A DNA stretch of 64,000 nucleotides, taken from positions 474,906-538,905 of the forward strand of contig CP066686.1 in the NCBI GenBank assembly GCA_016432365.1, read 5' to 3'. The stretch is from Candidatus Woesebacteria bacterium. Lineage in GTDB: Bacteria; Patescibacteriota; Microgenomatia; UBA8517. The notes below the pieces were generated by a model. The model did not search any database. It was not told where the DNA came from and saw nothing but the letters and a program-made list of their open reading frames with translations. The first letter of the stretch is position 1, and each line of letters starts with the position of its first letter. The translations under genes and the position numbers were made by a program. Positions 29,109 through 38,352 of the stretch are shown in pieces.

Positions 29109-30977
29109 ATGTACAGATTCAAGATATTCTCCGTGGCCATCATTAGTCTATTTTTCCTTTTATGTTTTCCTTATAAAGTTTTTGCTGAGGATCCCAATCA
29201 ATTCATTACAGTAGTTAACCCCGTAAGAATCTCTGCGTATGGTGGCAAACCCGCAGAGGGGATGAAAAGCGAATACCAAATTATTCGAAAGAATAAAATT
29301 TCAGCGACCTGGCTAATGACTTATGACGCTATGCAAAACCCGGAAGTTATGTCAGTCGCAAGGGGTATGGACAAAAGTCAGGAGTTTGGAATTTTTGTGG
29401 AGGTTACGCCTACTTTTTCAGAAGATTCAAAAATAACTTATCACAATACAGGTTCTTGGCATCATGCGGCAAGTGTGTTTCTATCGGGATATGCACAAGA
29501 GGACAGGAGAGTATTGATAGATAAAGTTTTTCAAACCTTCAAGGGAAAATTCGGATATTACCCGAAGTCTGTTGGGTCTTGGTGGACTGATGCATACTCT
29601 CTCTCCTACATGAAAGAAAAATATGGAATAATTGCAAACTTAGTTTGTTCTGACCAATATTCAACTGACGGTTATCAAATTTGGGGACAGCCATGGGGCT
29701 TACCTTATTATCCAAGCAAACTTTATTCAGCTGTTCCGCCCTCAACGATTGCGGACAAAATTGATGTTGTGAATTTGCAATGGGCGCCTCGAGACCCCCT
29801 TAATGGTTATACAAGTAGTTTGTATAGCACACAAGACTATTTGGGGGCGCCAATTCGTCAGGATGTGGGCTATTTTCAAAAACTAATTAATATTTATATG
29901 TCTATGAATAAAATAAATGGGTTCGCCCAGGTTACGGTGGGGCTTGAGTCAGATCTTGATCCGGATGGTTATAAAGGGGAATTTGCCAAGCAAATAGAAT
30001 ATGTCAACAGTTTGACAACAAACGGAATAAAAATTCTTACGATGGCCGATTTTTCGACGTGGTATCGTCAAAAATTTACGGATGTGTCACCATCCTACAA
30101 AATTGAATCAAAAGATTTACTTGGAAAGAATATGCAATCATTTTGGTATGGAAGTAGTAAATATAGATTATTCTATATAAAAGATTTTGATAAAAAAGAA
30201 ATCAAAATATTGGATCTTAGGATTTACAATAGCACTTTGAAAGATCCGTACTATGATTCACCCAATTTTCAATTTACCTTATCTGAAAATATTCCGGCTG
30301 TTATAGACACAGTTTCCAATACTGACAATATTTGGATATTACAGGGAGATTTTGAAATTATTACTGACGACGACAATTTTACGATTAAGGGCAGGGGAAT
30401 TAAAGTTCCGGATTTTGTTAAAAAGTCACCGCTAATCGATGTCATTCAAACCGGAAGCGAAGTTAAAATCTCTACGATAGGGGAATTGGTACCGGCGGGC
30501 GGAATTGAAATAAAAGATTTCTCCGCGGAAGCGATACATTTCTTCAGACAGAAATTGGCATTTTTTTATCTCCTGACAGGTCGAGGGTGGAACTATTTGA
30601 CTAAAGTCAGTTATACAATACCCCAAGGTGAAGTCTATGCGCTTTTATATTTGAAATCACAACCGTTTGGCCGTGTTCTGGTTTATGACAACGAGTGTTT
30701 ACAGTGTTCGTGGCACACAGAATTTAAACCGCCGGAGTTTTCAAACAGGAGAGGTTATGTTGGTAAATATTCAGGGAATCCTGTTGTGTATAATAAGTCC
30801 GTATTTGCCGCCAAAACTCAAACCGAGGCAAAGAAAGAGTTTGACAAACTTCATGCAAAGTATGTCTATCTGACTAAATTTGAAGATTATACCGAAAAAC
30901 TTCCTTTTTCTCCGGGCGATCTTAATGTTGAAAAAATTTTTAGTAATGCCAATGCTGAGATTTGGAGAGTAAAATGA
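29109..30977 (+). CDS. Secreted hypothetical protein with cleavable signal peptide, 622 aa
   Basis: ATG at 29109 (TAAATG coupling). N-terminus MYRFKIFSVAIISLFFLLCFPYKVFA-EDP. No TM segments after the signal. No motif I recognise. Confidence 0.5.
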   Translation: MYRFKIFSVAIISLFFLLCFPYKVFAEDPNQFITVVNPVRISAYGGKPAEGMKSEYQIIRKNKISATWLMTYDAMQNPEVMSVARGMDKSQEFGIFVEVTPTFSEDSKITYHNTGSWHHAASVFLSGYAQEDRRVLIDKVFQTFKGKFGYYPKSVGSWWTDAYSLSYMKEKYGIIANLVCSDQYSTDGYQIWGQPWGLPYYPSKLYSAVPPSTIADKIDVVNLQWAPRDPLNGYTSSLYSTQDYLGAPIRQDVGYFQKLINIYMSMNKINGFAQVTVGLESDLDPDGYKGEFAKQIEYVNSLTTNGIKILTMADFSTWYRQKFTDVSPSYKIESKDLLGKNMQSFWYGSSKYRLFYIKDFDKKEIKILDLRIYNSTLKDPYYDSPNFQFTLSENIPAVIDTVSNTDNIWILQGDFEIITDDDNFTIKGRGIKVPDFVKKSPLIDVIQTGSEVKISTIGELVPAGGIEIKDFSAEAIHFFRQKLAFFYLLTGRGWNYLTKVSYTIPQGEVYALLYLKSQPFGRVLVYDNECLQCSWHTEFKPPEFSNRRGYVGKYSGNPVVYNKSVFAAKTQTEAKKEFDKLHAKYVYLTKFEDYTEKLPFSPGDLNVEKIFSNANAEIWRVK

Positions 30978-32110
30978 TAAAAATGAATATTTTAATTTTA
31001 AGTTGGCGCGATCCGAAACATCCCCTGGCAGGTGGGGCTGAGCAGAGTGTTTGGGAGCACGCAAAGGGATGGCGTAAAGCCGGTAATGAGATAATTTGGT
31101 TTTCTTCACGGTTCAAAGGATCTGTGGTTACGGAAAATATCGATGGTATAAAAATAGTCAGAAATGGATATCAATACTTAGGGGTTCAAATAGCTGCCCT
31201 TTTTTACTATTTTAAAAATGTTAAAAACGTTGATTTAGTTGTAGATCAATTTCACGGCCTCCCGTTTTTTACCCCGTTATATGTAAAAAAACCAAAATTG
31301 GCTCTTATCCAGGAAGTGGCAGGTAAAGTTTGGCTTTTAAACCCCTTGCCATTCCCTATAAATTTAATAATTGGTGCAATTGGTTTTGTGTTTGAACCAT
31401 TTATTTTCTTACTGTACAGACATGTACAATTTATGACCGGATCAGAATCAGCAAAACTCGAAGTCTCAAAATTCGGAATCCCTCTTAAAAATATTACCGT
31501 AGTTCCTCATGGGGTAATTTTGCCAAAATTAAAAATTAAAAATGAAAAATTAAAAATGAAAACAATCACTTTTCTGGGTACGCTAGCTAAAGATAAAGGA
31601 ATTGAAGATGCTATCGAATGCTTTTCATTGCTAGATAAAAAAGGTGAATGCAATTTCTGGATTATTGGCAAACCTGAAACTGAAGATTATTTCAAAAAAA
31701 TAAAATCAAAGATCTCTGACTTGGGTTTAAATGATAAAGTAAAATTCTGGGGAAGGGTAACGGATGCTAAGAAGTTTGAGCTACTTGCAAAAAGTCACGT
31801 TTTGGTAAATCCGTCAGCTCATGAAGGGTGGGGGCTTGTGAATATTGAGGCAAATGCGGTCGGGACCCCAGTCGTTGCTTATAAATCTTCTGGATTGGTG
31901 GACTCGGTCAAAGACGGGCAAAGTGGGGTTATAGTCTCAACAAACTCACCGGAAAAAATCGCAAATGTAACAATCTCGCTTTTCGAAAATAAGAAACTGT
32001 ATGAAAAACTTCAAAGAGGTTCCATGTCTTGGAGCAAAAATTTTTCTTGGACAGTCTCCAGGGCGAAAAGTCTATTATTGTTAAACAAAGTTTTTAATGC
32101 CGGCCACTAA
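30974..32110 (+). CDS. GT4-family glycosyltransferase, ~378 aa
   Basis: Track ORF begins at TTG 30962. ATG at 30974 overlaps the upstream TGA (ATGA). C-terminal EGWGLVNIEANAVGTPVVAYKSSG. Confidence 0.8.
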   Translation: MIKMNILILSWRDPKHPLAGGAEQSVWEHAKGWRKAGNEIIWFSSRFKGSVVTENIDGIKIVRNGYQYLGVQIAALFYYFKNVKNVDLVVDQFHGLPFFTPLYVKKPKLALIQEVAGKVWLLNPLPFPINLIIGAIGFVFEPFIFLLYRHVQFMTGSESAKLEVSKFGIPLKNITVVPHGVILPKLKIKNEKLKMKTITFLGTLAKDKGIEDAIECFSLLDKKGECNFWIIGKPETEDYFKKIKSKISDLGLNDKVKFWGRVTDAKKFELLAKSHVLVNPSAHEGWGLVNIEANAVGTPVVAYKSSGLVDSVKDGQSGVIVSTNSPEKIANVTISLFENKKLYEKLQRGSMSWSKNFSWTVSRAKSLLLLNKVFNAGH

Positions 32111-32865
32111 TTCTTTTTCAATATAAATATAAACGTAGGCAAGAATGGCTCAAGAAGTTTCAATATTAAAGATGGAGTAAAATTTATTAGCTTTTCGTAT
32201 TTTAAAATTTTACTAAATTTATATTTTTTCGGGTGTTTTATAACTTCCAGAGTATAGTCTTCAATTACGAAATTATTGCAAAGTTTTTTCAAGCCCCAAT
32301 AACTCTTATAACTTCCAATGTAATATGATTTGTAACCCGAAATACTCAGAATGTATTTAGTTATGTTTTTTGGGAGTAATCGAATAAATGGAAGTCTATA
32401 TAGCGGCTCAACAGGACGCAGTAAATTATCACCTGTAAATAAACATATTCCTCCCGGCTTTAAGACCCGTTTAATTTCAAGCATCATTTTGTGGGGATTT
32501 GATACATAGGAATAAACTTGATTGCAGAAAACAATGTCAAAGAAATTCTTCCTGAACGGAATTTTTTCACCCTTTGCCACCCTAAATTTTAAATTTTTAA
32601 CCGACCTAAAATCTACGGCAGCTTTCTTTATTGCATTCCCATCAACATCTATGCCAATCACTTTTCTGCTATGCTTTGCAATTTCCCGAGTGATTATTCC
32701 ACTGGAGCATCCAATATCAAGGACCAGAAATGACTTTAAATTTTTGTGATTGAGGTATACTTGGACAATTGTAAGCAACTGTTTTGCAACTCGCACCCTG
32801 TCGGACTTACCAAGGATTTCTGTATGTGCTATCGAGTAATCTACGTTGCCTAATGTGGTATTCAT
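32107..32865 (-). CDS. Class I SAM-dependent methyltransferase, 252 aa
   Basis: Motif I VLDIGCSSGIITREIA. Post-I acidic GIDVD. Motif II DIVFCNQV. Confidence 0.7.
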   Translation of the reverse strand: MNTTLGNVDYSIAHTEILGKSDRVRVAKQLLTIVQVYLNHKNLKSFLVLDIGCSSGIITREIAKHSRKVIGIDVDGNAIKKAAVDFRSVKNLKFRVAKGEKIPFRKNFFDIVFCNQVYSYVSNPHKMMLEIKRVLKPGGICLFTGDNLLRPVEPLYRLPFIRLLPKNITKYILSISGYKSYYIGSYKSYWGLKKLCNNFVIEDYTLEVIKHPKKYKFSKILKYEKLINFTPSLILKLLEPFLPTFIFILKKN

Positions 32866-34100
32866 ATTTTTTGGAGCAACTTTCCTAATTCCCGCTTTAC
32901 AAGGTTTGAATTAAATGTTTTTTTATAAGCCTCTTTCGCTCCTCTCCCCAGTTTTTTGGCCAGGTTCGGGTTTCTAATTATATCTTCAATTGCGTTCGCC
33001 ATTGCCTCCGGATTTTCCATTGGCACAAGGATTCCCGATTTTCCATTTTTGATATCCTCTACTATACCGTCGCATGCAGTTGTAACTATAGGCAAGCCCA
33101 TCTCCATTGCTTCGTGAATAGTTAGGGCACTAGAGCCCTCCTCAATGGAAGGAAAAGCGAATAGGGCGCACCCCTTCATAAGTGGTTCAGTATCGTTAAC
33201 AAATCCGAAGAATTTGACATTTTTTTCAATTTTGAGTTTCGTGGCAAGCTTCATGTTGTATTTAAGCATATCGCCGCCTCCAGCAATGATCAGAGGAATT
33301 TTGAAGTCTCGTTCAGATAAAATCTTCATTGCATGAAGCAGAAAATTTACGCCTTTTCTGGGATCCTGTCTGGAAAAGAAAAATAAATATTTTGCAGGTA
33401 ATTTTGTAAAATCATTTGAATTACTAATCTTGACGCGCCTTTTATATATTTGAACATAGGAATGGGTTCTGTAGAATTTTTTGAAGTCAATGCCGAACTC
33501 TTTATTAATAATCTGTTCTGTAGAACTGTAATTGGTTATAATCTTATCTGTTCGTTTAAGTGTTATTTTTTCTAATAAAGCCAGGTATTGTGCGATTGTA
33601 AAGTATATAGCCAAGTATTTGATTTTTGGCCACAAGCCGTAATCTTTGATTCTGAGGGCTCTCACACCACCCCACCACTCATGTCGTATTGTTGTAAAGT
33701 AGTTATCGTAAAAGGTGACCTTACTTTTTGAGAATATTTTTAGAAATGCGCCCGCCAGACCCCAGGGTCCGATTCCCCATACTATAAATTTTTTGTATCC
33801 ATTTTGATCGGCAATTTTTTGAATTCCTCGTGCAAAAATAATCGAATAAATGGGTAAACCTGGAAGTGCATAAATATTCACGTTTAGGAGTGGGAGAGTT
33901 GCTTTAAAAAGAAGAAGCTTTCCTGCATCGATTTTAGTTTGCTTAGTTTCATTTCCTAGCGCGACGATATAAACAGTGTGCCCAAGTTTTTTGATAATCT
34001 TTGCAAGGTTAAAAGCAAAACTGGAATATCCACCACCAGATGCTGAAAGTGGAGATTTCCCGGAAATAATAAACACCGGAGTTTTGTCTTTCTTAATCAT
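32862..34100 (-). CDS. GT4-family glycosyltransferase, 412 aa
   Basis: ATG (CAT at 34098..34100). Motif EGSSALTIHEAMEMGLPIVTTACDG. Confidence 0.8.
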   Translation of the reverse strand: MIKKDKTPVFIISGKSPLSASGGGYSSFAFNLAKIIKKLGHTVYIVALGNETKQTKIDAGKLLLFKATLPLLNVNIYALPGLPIYSIIFARGIQKIADQNGYKKFIVWGIGPWGLAGAFLKIFSKSKVTFYDNYFTTIRHEWWGGVRALRIKDYGLWPKIKYLAIYFTIAQYLALLEKITLKRTDKIITNYSSTEQIINKEFGIDFKKFYRTHSYVQIYKRRVKISNSNDFTKLPAKYLFFFSRQDPRKGVNFLLHAMKILSERDFKIPLIIAGGGDMLKYNMKLATKLKIEKNVKFFGFVNDTEPLMKGCALFAFPSIEEGSSALTIHEAMEMGLPIVTTACDGIVEDIKNGKSGILVPMENPEAMANAIEDIIRNPNLAKKLGRGAKEAYKKTFNSNLVKRELGKLLQKI

Positions 34101-34107
34101 CCATTGG

Positions 34108-34509
34108 TTATTCTAAATAAGTCTTAGCTTTGTCGTATCCTGGGTATGGTCCCTGTTTAATTTCAAAAAAAACAGTGTCCTCGAGGATCTCAAATCCATG
34201 ACCCCCTGATGCCGAAAGTATTTTATCAGTAGCTTTTAAAATTCTTTTTGCAACAATTTTTCCTCGATTGTTGTAAATAGACACTTTGACGCGACCCTTT
34301 TCGATATACAAACACTCTTGGGTTGTTCTAACCGTTCTTATGGGCTCGTTGTGCAAATGAGCACGAATTTTCTCGCCCTTTTTTTTGCCGACGGCACCTA
34401 TTTGTAAAGGAAAACTCTCAGGTGAAAAGAACTGATAATTTTTTGTATTTGTTCCTTTAATGATAATAGCTAATATTTTAGTTCTGTCCTTTATTGTCTC
34501 AACTTTCAT
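34108..34509 (-). CDS. Cupin-fold protein, possible sugar ketoisomerase/epimerase (FdtA/WxcM-like), 133 aa
   Basis: ATG (CAT at 34507..34509). His-containing beta-barrel motifs (RAHLHNE, GGHGFEI). Size and context fit sugar-nucleotide cupins. Homology not verified. Confidence 0.4.
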   Translation of the reverse strand: MKVETIKDRTKILAIIIKGTNTKNYQFFSPESFPLQIGAVGKKKGEKIRAHLHNEPIRTVRTTQECLYIEKGRVKVSIYNNRGKIVAKRILKATDKILSASGGHGFEILEDTVFFEIKQGPYPGYDKAKTYLE

Positions 34510-34585
34510 ATCGCTACATTATAATCCTTTCAGGGTCATATAGTATAAATAAAAATTCATTTAGTCAAACAGGAGTATTTGGTAC

Positions 34586-34614
34586 TTAATTTGATCGGTT
34601 TGTTGGTGTAGAAT
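34586..34614 (+). promoter_or_regulatory. Putative promoter (-10 TAGAAT at 34609..34614, weak -35 TTAATT at 34586..34591) for methyltransferase gene 34621
   Basis: Read in the divergent intergenic region 34510..34620. Only 6 nt between the -10 and the ATG, which would be near-leaderless. Confidence 0.25.
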
Positions 34615-34620
34615 CACTAA

Positions 34621-35277
34621 ATGATATCAAAGTCGATTAACACATGGGATCAGACAAAGCATTGGGAAGAAGCCTGTATCGAGACAAGGCGCAATCCAGA
34701 TGAAAGAATAAGAAGACTCCGTTTTTTTAGAATAAAGAAAAAAGAAAAAATTTTAGATTTGGGTTGCGGGGATGGTCTTAATGTCCACATTTTATATAAA
34801 AAAGGTGTTAAAAATATATTCGGTGTTGATATTTCTGATGCACTTATTAAAAGCGCAAAGCGGCTGACACCGAAGGCCAAATTTTATTTAGCCAGCGCTG
34901 AAAAACTTCCGTTTAAAGATGAAACATTCGATGTTGTATTGGTGGATTCGGTTTTCCATCATTTCATGAAGTATCGTAAGGCTTTGGGAGAAATCAATCG
35001 GGTCTTAAAGAAGAAGGGCAGGCTTTGTTTCATAGAACCGCACAAAAGTATTGTAAGAAGTTTGTACGACGCTGTTTGTGAGTTACCAATAAGCAAATAT
35101 ATCCCTTTTCTTAAAAAGCGGCGGATATCGTATTTGGGTGAGATAAAATTTATGAGACATTGGTTGAAAACAGAAGACGATTTTTATGAAACGTTGACAG
35201 AACTGAAGTTTGTAGAAAGATTACGTAAATTAGACATTATGAGTACCATAGGAATATATGAGAAAGCTTCTTATTAA
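34621..35277 (+). CDS. Class I SAM-dependent methyltransferase, 218 aa
   Basis: ATG at 34621. Motif I ILDLGCGDGLNVHIL. DVVLVDSVFHHF. LKKKGRLCF. Confidence 0.7.
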   Translation: MISKSINTWDQTKHWEEACIETRRNPDERIRRLRFFRIKKKEKILDLGCGDGLNVHILYKKGVKNIFGVDISDALIKSAKRLTPKAKFYLASAEKLPFKDETFDVVLVDSVFHHFMKYRKALGEINRVLKKKGRLCFIEPHKSIVRSLYDAVCELPISKYIPFLKKRRISYLGEIKFMRHWLKTEDDFYETLTELKFVERLRKLDIMSTIGIYEKASY

Positions 35278-37411
35278 ATATTTTTTCCCGATTCTGTTTG
35301 TACCGATTTTGTTTTTGTTTTTTGGTGTTGGCACGATTAAAGACTACGGAATTAATTGGGATGAACCTTATCATTTCATGCGGGGTCAGGCGTATTTGCA
35401 CTTTTTTTTGACTGGAGAAAAAGACTATTCAACCTTACCAAAATATCCGAGGGTGAATAGCAACTGTCCATCGTGGGCAAACAACAAATGCAATATATCT
35501 CCTGGCGGCGCCACTGACACAATGCCTTCAAATGTAAAAGGTCCGATTTATGAGGACGCCATAACTGCCCAATATCCACGCAAGCTTTTTTCGTTGTGGC
35601 GCAGCGCTTACCAACACGATACTTATGATTATAATTATATTGTTATAAATGAAGGCGGGCACCCTCCGATTAATGATATTTTGGCTGCCTTGACTAATAC
35701 AATTTTTTACCAAAGGCTTCATTTAATGGGAGACCTAGACTCCCATCATTTATATGAGGTGCTAACGAGTTTCTTAATAGTTTTAGCAGTTGGTGTAGCA
35801 ACTTACCTTAATTATGGAGCCCTACCGGCTTTTGTTGCTTCTTCATCCTTGGCGATCTACCCCTTATTTTTTTCGGAATCACATTTTAATATCAAGGACC
35901 CGCCACTGGCATCTTATTATGGTCTTACTTTGCTTTTTCTTTTCTTTGGTATTACAAGAAAAGAATGGAAATTGGTATTAATATCTTCAATTTTTGCGGG
36001 ACTAGGTTTGGGAACTAAGTTAAACATTGCTTTTGCTCCACTTATTGTTGTTCCATGGCTTTTGTATTTTTTGTTAACAAAATATATTGAAACGAAAAAA
36101 CTATTTTTGTCAAAAGGCACGTTTGTAATGCTGATCTTTTACGCTCCGGTTGTGCTGGGAATAGTTTACGCTTTATGGCCCTATTTATGGTCAGATCCTT
36201 TTAGAAATACAATGCACATACTAGATTATTACAGGCAGATAGGTACCGGCACCGCCGCGGAGATGACTTCATATCTAGTCGGCAAATGGAATACCTATCC
36301 TGTTTTATGGATTGTTTATACTACTCAAGTTCCAATTTTGTTACTGGCACTAATAGGGGTTGTCTATTCTGTTTACTCGACTGTTAAAGGAAAAGACAGT
36401 TTCCCACTACTGGTTTTGCTTTGGTTATTGGTACCAATTTTACGTGTATCTTGGCCGGGAGCGGGGATATATGGAGGTGTTAGACAGCTATTGGAATACG
36501 TACCGGCATTGGCAATTGAGGCAGGCATTGGGGCCTATGCCTTAACTCGGTATGTAAAATATAAAATTGCAATATCAATACTGATTGTAATTTCAATCGT
36601 TTTTTCCATGTATGAAATAGTGATGATACACCCAAATGAGAATGTTTATTTTAACCAGTTGATAGGTGGTCTGTCCGGGGCAAGAAGTAAAAACATTCCT
36701 TACTGGGGGAATACATATGGAAATGCTTACCAGCAGGGGGTGGATTGGCTCAATAAAAATGCGGTGCCTAACGCAAGGTTGGGTTTGGCTATTGCAACAC
36801 AGGCAAACATAAGTAGAAACAGTCTGCGTTCAGATATTGAATATTACAACGGTTCTTGGAGCGGCACCAAAAGAGAAGGGGAATATGAAATAGAACTGGA
36901 TTTTGAGTGGCCGTTTAAATATTGGTATAGTTTTCAATATTATGATAAATATTTGGATCCGGTTTATATATCAAGTGTCGACGGCGTACCGCTTGTTAAG
37001 GTTTGGAAAAATGATATTGAACACACAAAGCCTGCGTTTCGTGAAGAAATAAATTACCAACCGGCTTCGACATTGTTAAGAAAAAACACAGCAAATAAGG
37101 AGTTGTGGATTGACATGGGGAAAGATATTTTTTTGACGGGCTTGAAAATTTGGCATAGTAATGTGGGATGTAGCGTACAGAAGGGGGGATATGTTGCCCT
37201 TTCCACAGATAACAAGACATGGGTGAGGGAGGCAGATCCGCCCGACACAGCACAGGTTCCTCCGACGACTGCTGAGTGGAAAAAGGGAAATTTTCTATTT
37301 TTATTTCCCGGAACAAAGGCTAGATATATTTTATTTGACCCGCAAATGAACGACACCTGTATATTTAAAAACATGAGGATACAAATTTCAGGGCTTAAAA
37401 TTCTACCTTAA
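35258..37411 (+). CDS. PMT/ArnT-like GT-C membrane glycosyltransferase fused to a C-terminal discoidin (F5/8 type C)-like carbohydrate-binding domain, 717 aa
   Basis: ATG at 35258. First-loop NWDEPYHFMRGQAY. ~12 TM segments. C-terminal ~150 aa soluble with WIDMGKDIFLTGLKIW...ARYILFDP...MRIQISGLKI, resembling the discoidin-domain pattern. Confidence 0.5.
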   Translation: MRKLLIKYFFPILFVPILFLFFGVGTIKDYGINWDEPYHFMRGQAYLHFFLTGEKDYSTLPKYPRVNSNCPSWANNKCNISPGGATDTMPSNVKGPIYEDAITAQYPRKLFSLWRSAYQHDTYDYNYIVINEGGHPPINDILAALTNTIFYQRLHLMGDLDSHHLYEVLTSFLIVLAVGVATYLNYGALPAFVASSSLAIYPLFFSESHFNIKDPPLASYYGLTLLFLFFGITRKEWKLVLISSIFAGLGLGTKLNIAFAPLIVVPWLLYFLLTKYIETKKLFLSKGTFVMLIFYAPVVLGIVYALWPYLWSDPFRNTMHILDYYRQIGTGTAAEMTSYLVGKWNTYPVLWIVYTTQVPILLLALIGVVYSVYSTVKGKDSFPLLVLLWLLVPILRVSWPGAGIYGGVRQLLEYVPALAIEAGIGAYALTRYVKYKIAISILIVISIVFSMYEIVMIHPNENVYFNQLIGGLSGARSKNIPYWGNTYGNAYQQGVDWLNKNAVPNARLGLAIATQANISRNSLRSDIEYYNGSWSGTKREGEYEIELDFEWPFKYWYSFQYYDKYLDPVYISSVDGVPLVKVWKNDIEHTKPAFREEINYQPASTLLRKNTANKELWIDMGKDIFLTGLKIWHSNVGCSVQKGGYVALSTDNKTWVREADPPDTAQVPPTTAEWKKGNFLFLFPGTKARYILFDPQMNDTCIFKNMRIQISGLKILP

Positions 37412-38352
37412 GGGCTTGTTTCTTCAATATATTTATTTTTTGACAGATCTTTCTGGTTTAAGTTGACGATCATTTCTGCGACCAACCCGGTAGATATAAG
37501 TTGTACACCGATTATCATCAAGAGCATTCCCAAAAACAATAGTGGTTGGCGAAATTGGATTGAACCGGTTGTGACTCTCAGATAGGTAATATAAATACCG
37601 ATTAAGAAACCGATAAAAAACGAAGCTATGCCCCAAAATCCAAAAAAATGGCCGGGGCGTCTAATGTACCCTGTTAGAAAAACTATAGTTATCAAATCGA
37701 GTACACCTTTAATATTTCTTTCTATACCAAATTTACTTTTACCAAATTTTCTGGGTTTGTGAGATACCACGATTTCTGTAACTTTAAAATTTTGATGTGC
37801 GACAAGAACTGGTATGAATTTGTATAGTTCTCCATAAAGATGAATATTTGTCAAAACTCTTTTTCTGTAGGCTTTAAAGCCACAATTCAAGTCATGAATT
37901 GTTACGCCCGTAAGCTTTCTTGTTAGTAGGTTGCCAATTTTTGAAGGTATAGTTTTACTGAGGGGGTCATATCTTTTCTTTTTCCAACCAGAGACCAGGT
38001 CGTAACCCTCCTCAATTTTTTTTACGAACTTTGGTATTTCCCGCGGGTCATCCTGCAGATCGGCATCCATTGTGATCACTATTTCGCCGCGGCTGGCATC
38101 AAAACCACTTTGTAATGCTATCGATTTTCCGAAATTCCCTCGATGTTTTATAATCTTAATATTCTTATTGTTGCGGCTGAGCTTTTTTGCGATTTCAAAA
38201 GTGGAATCCGTCGAACCGTCGTCTACAAAAATAATCTCAAAAGATTTACGAAGTTTTTTCATCTCAACAACAACTTGAGAATATAGCGACGAAATCGTTT
38301 TTTCTTCGTCCTTAGCAGGAATAATAAATGAAACTTGCGGAACTTTTGTCAT
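37408..38352 (-). CDS. Polyprenyl-phosphate sugar synthase, GT2 with C-terminal TM helices (GtrB/CsbB/DPM1-like), 314 aa
   Basis: ATG (CAT at 38350..38352). Motif SFIIPAKDEEKTI...IIFVDDGSTDST...TMDADLQDDP. Two C-terminal TM helices (FFGFWGIASFFIGFLIGIYI, LFLGMLLMIIGVQLISTGL). Confidence 0.8.
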   Translation of the reverse strand: MTKVPQVSFIIPAKDEEKTISSLYSQVVVEMKKLRKSFEIIFVDDGSTDSTFEIAKKLSRNNKNIKIIKHRGNFGKSIALQSGFDASRGEIVITMDADLQDDPREIPKFVKKIEEGYDLVSGWKKKRYDPLSKTIPSKIGNLLTRKLTGVTIHDLNCGFKAYRKRVLTNIHLYGELYKFIPVLVAHQNFKVTEIVVSHKPRKFGKSKFGIERNIKGVLDLITIVFLTGYIRRPGHFFGFWGIASFFIGFLIGIYITYLRVTTGSIQFRQPLLFLGMLLMIIGVQLISTGLVAEMIVNLNQKDLSKNKYIEETSP

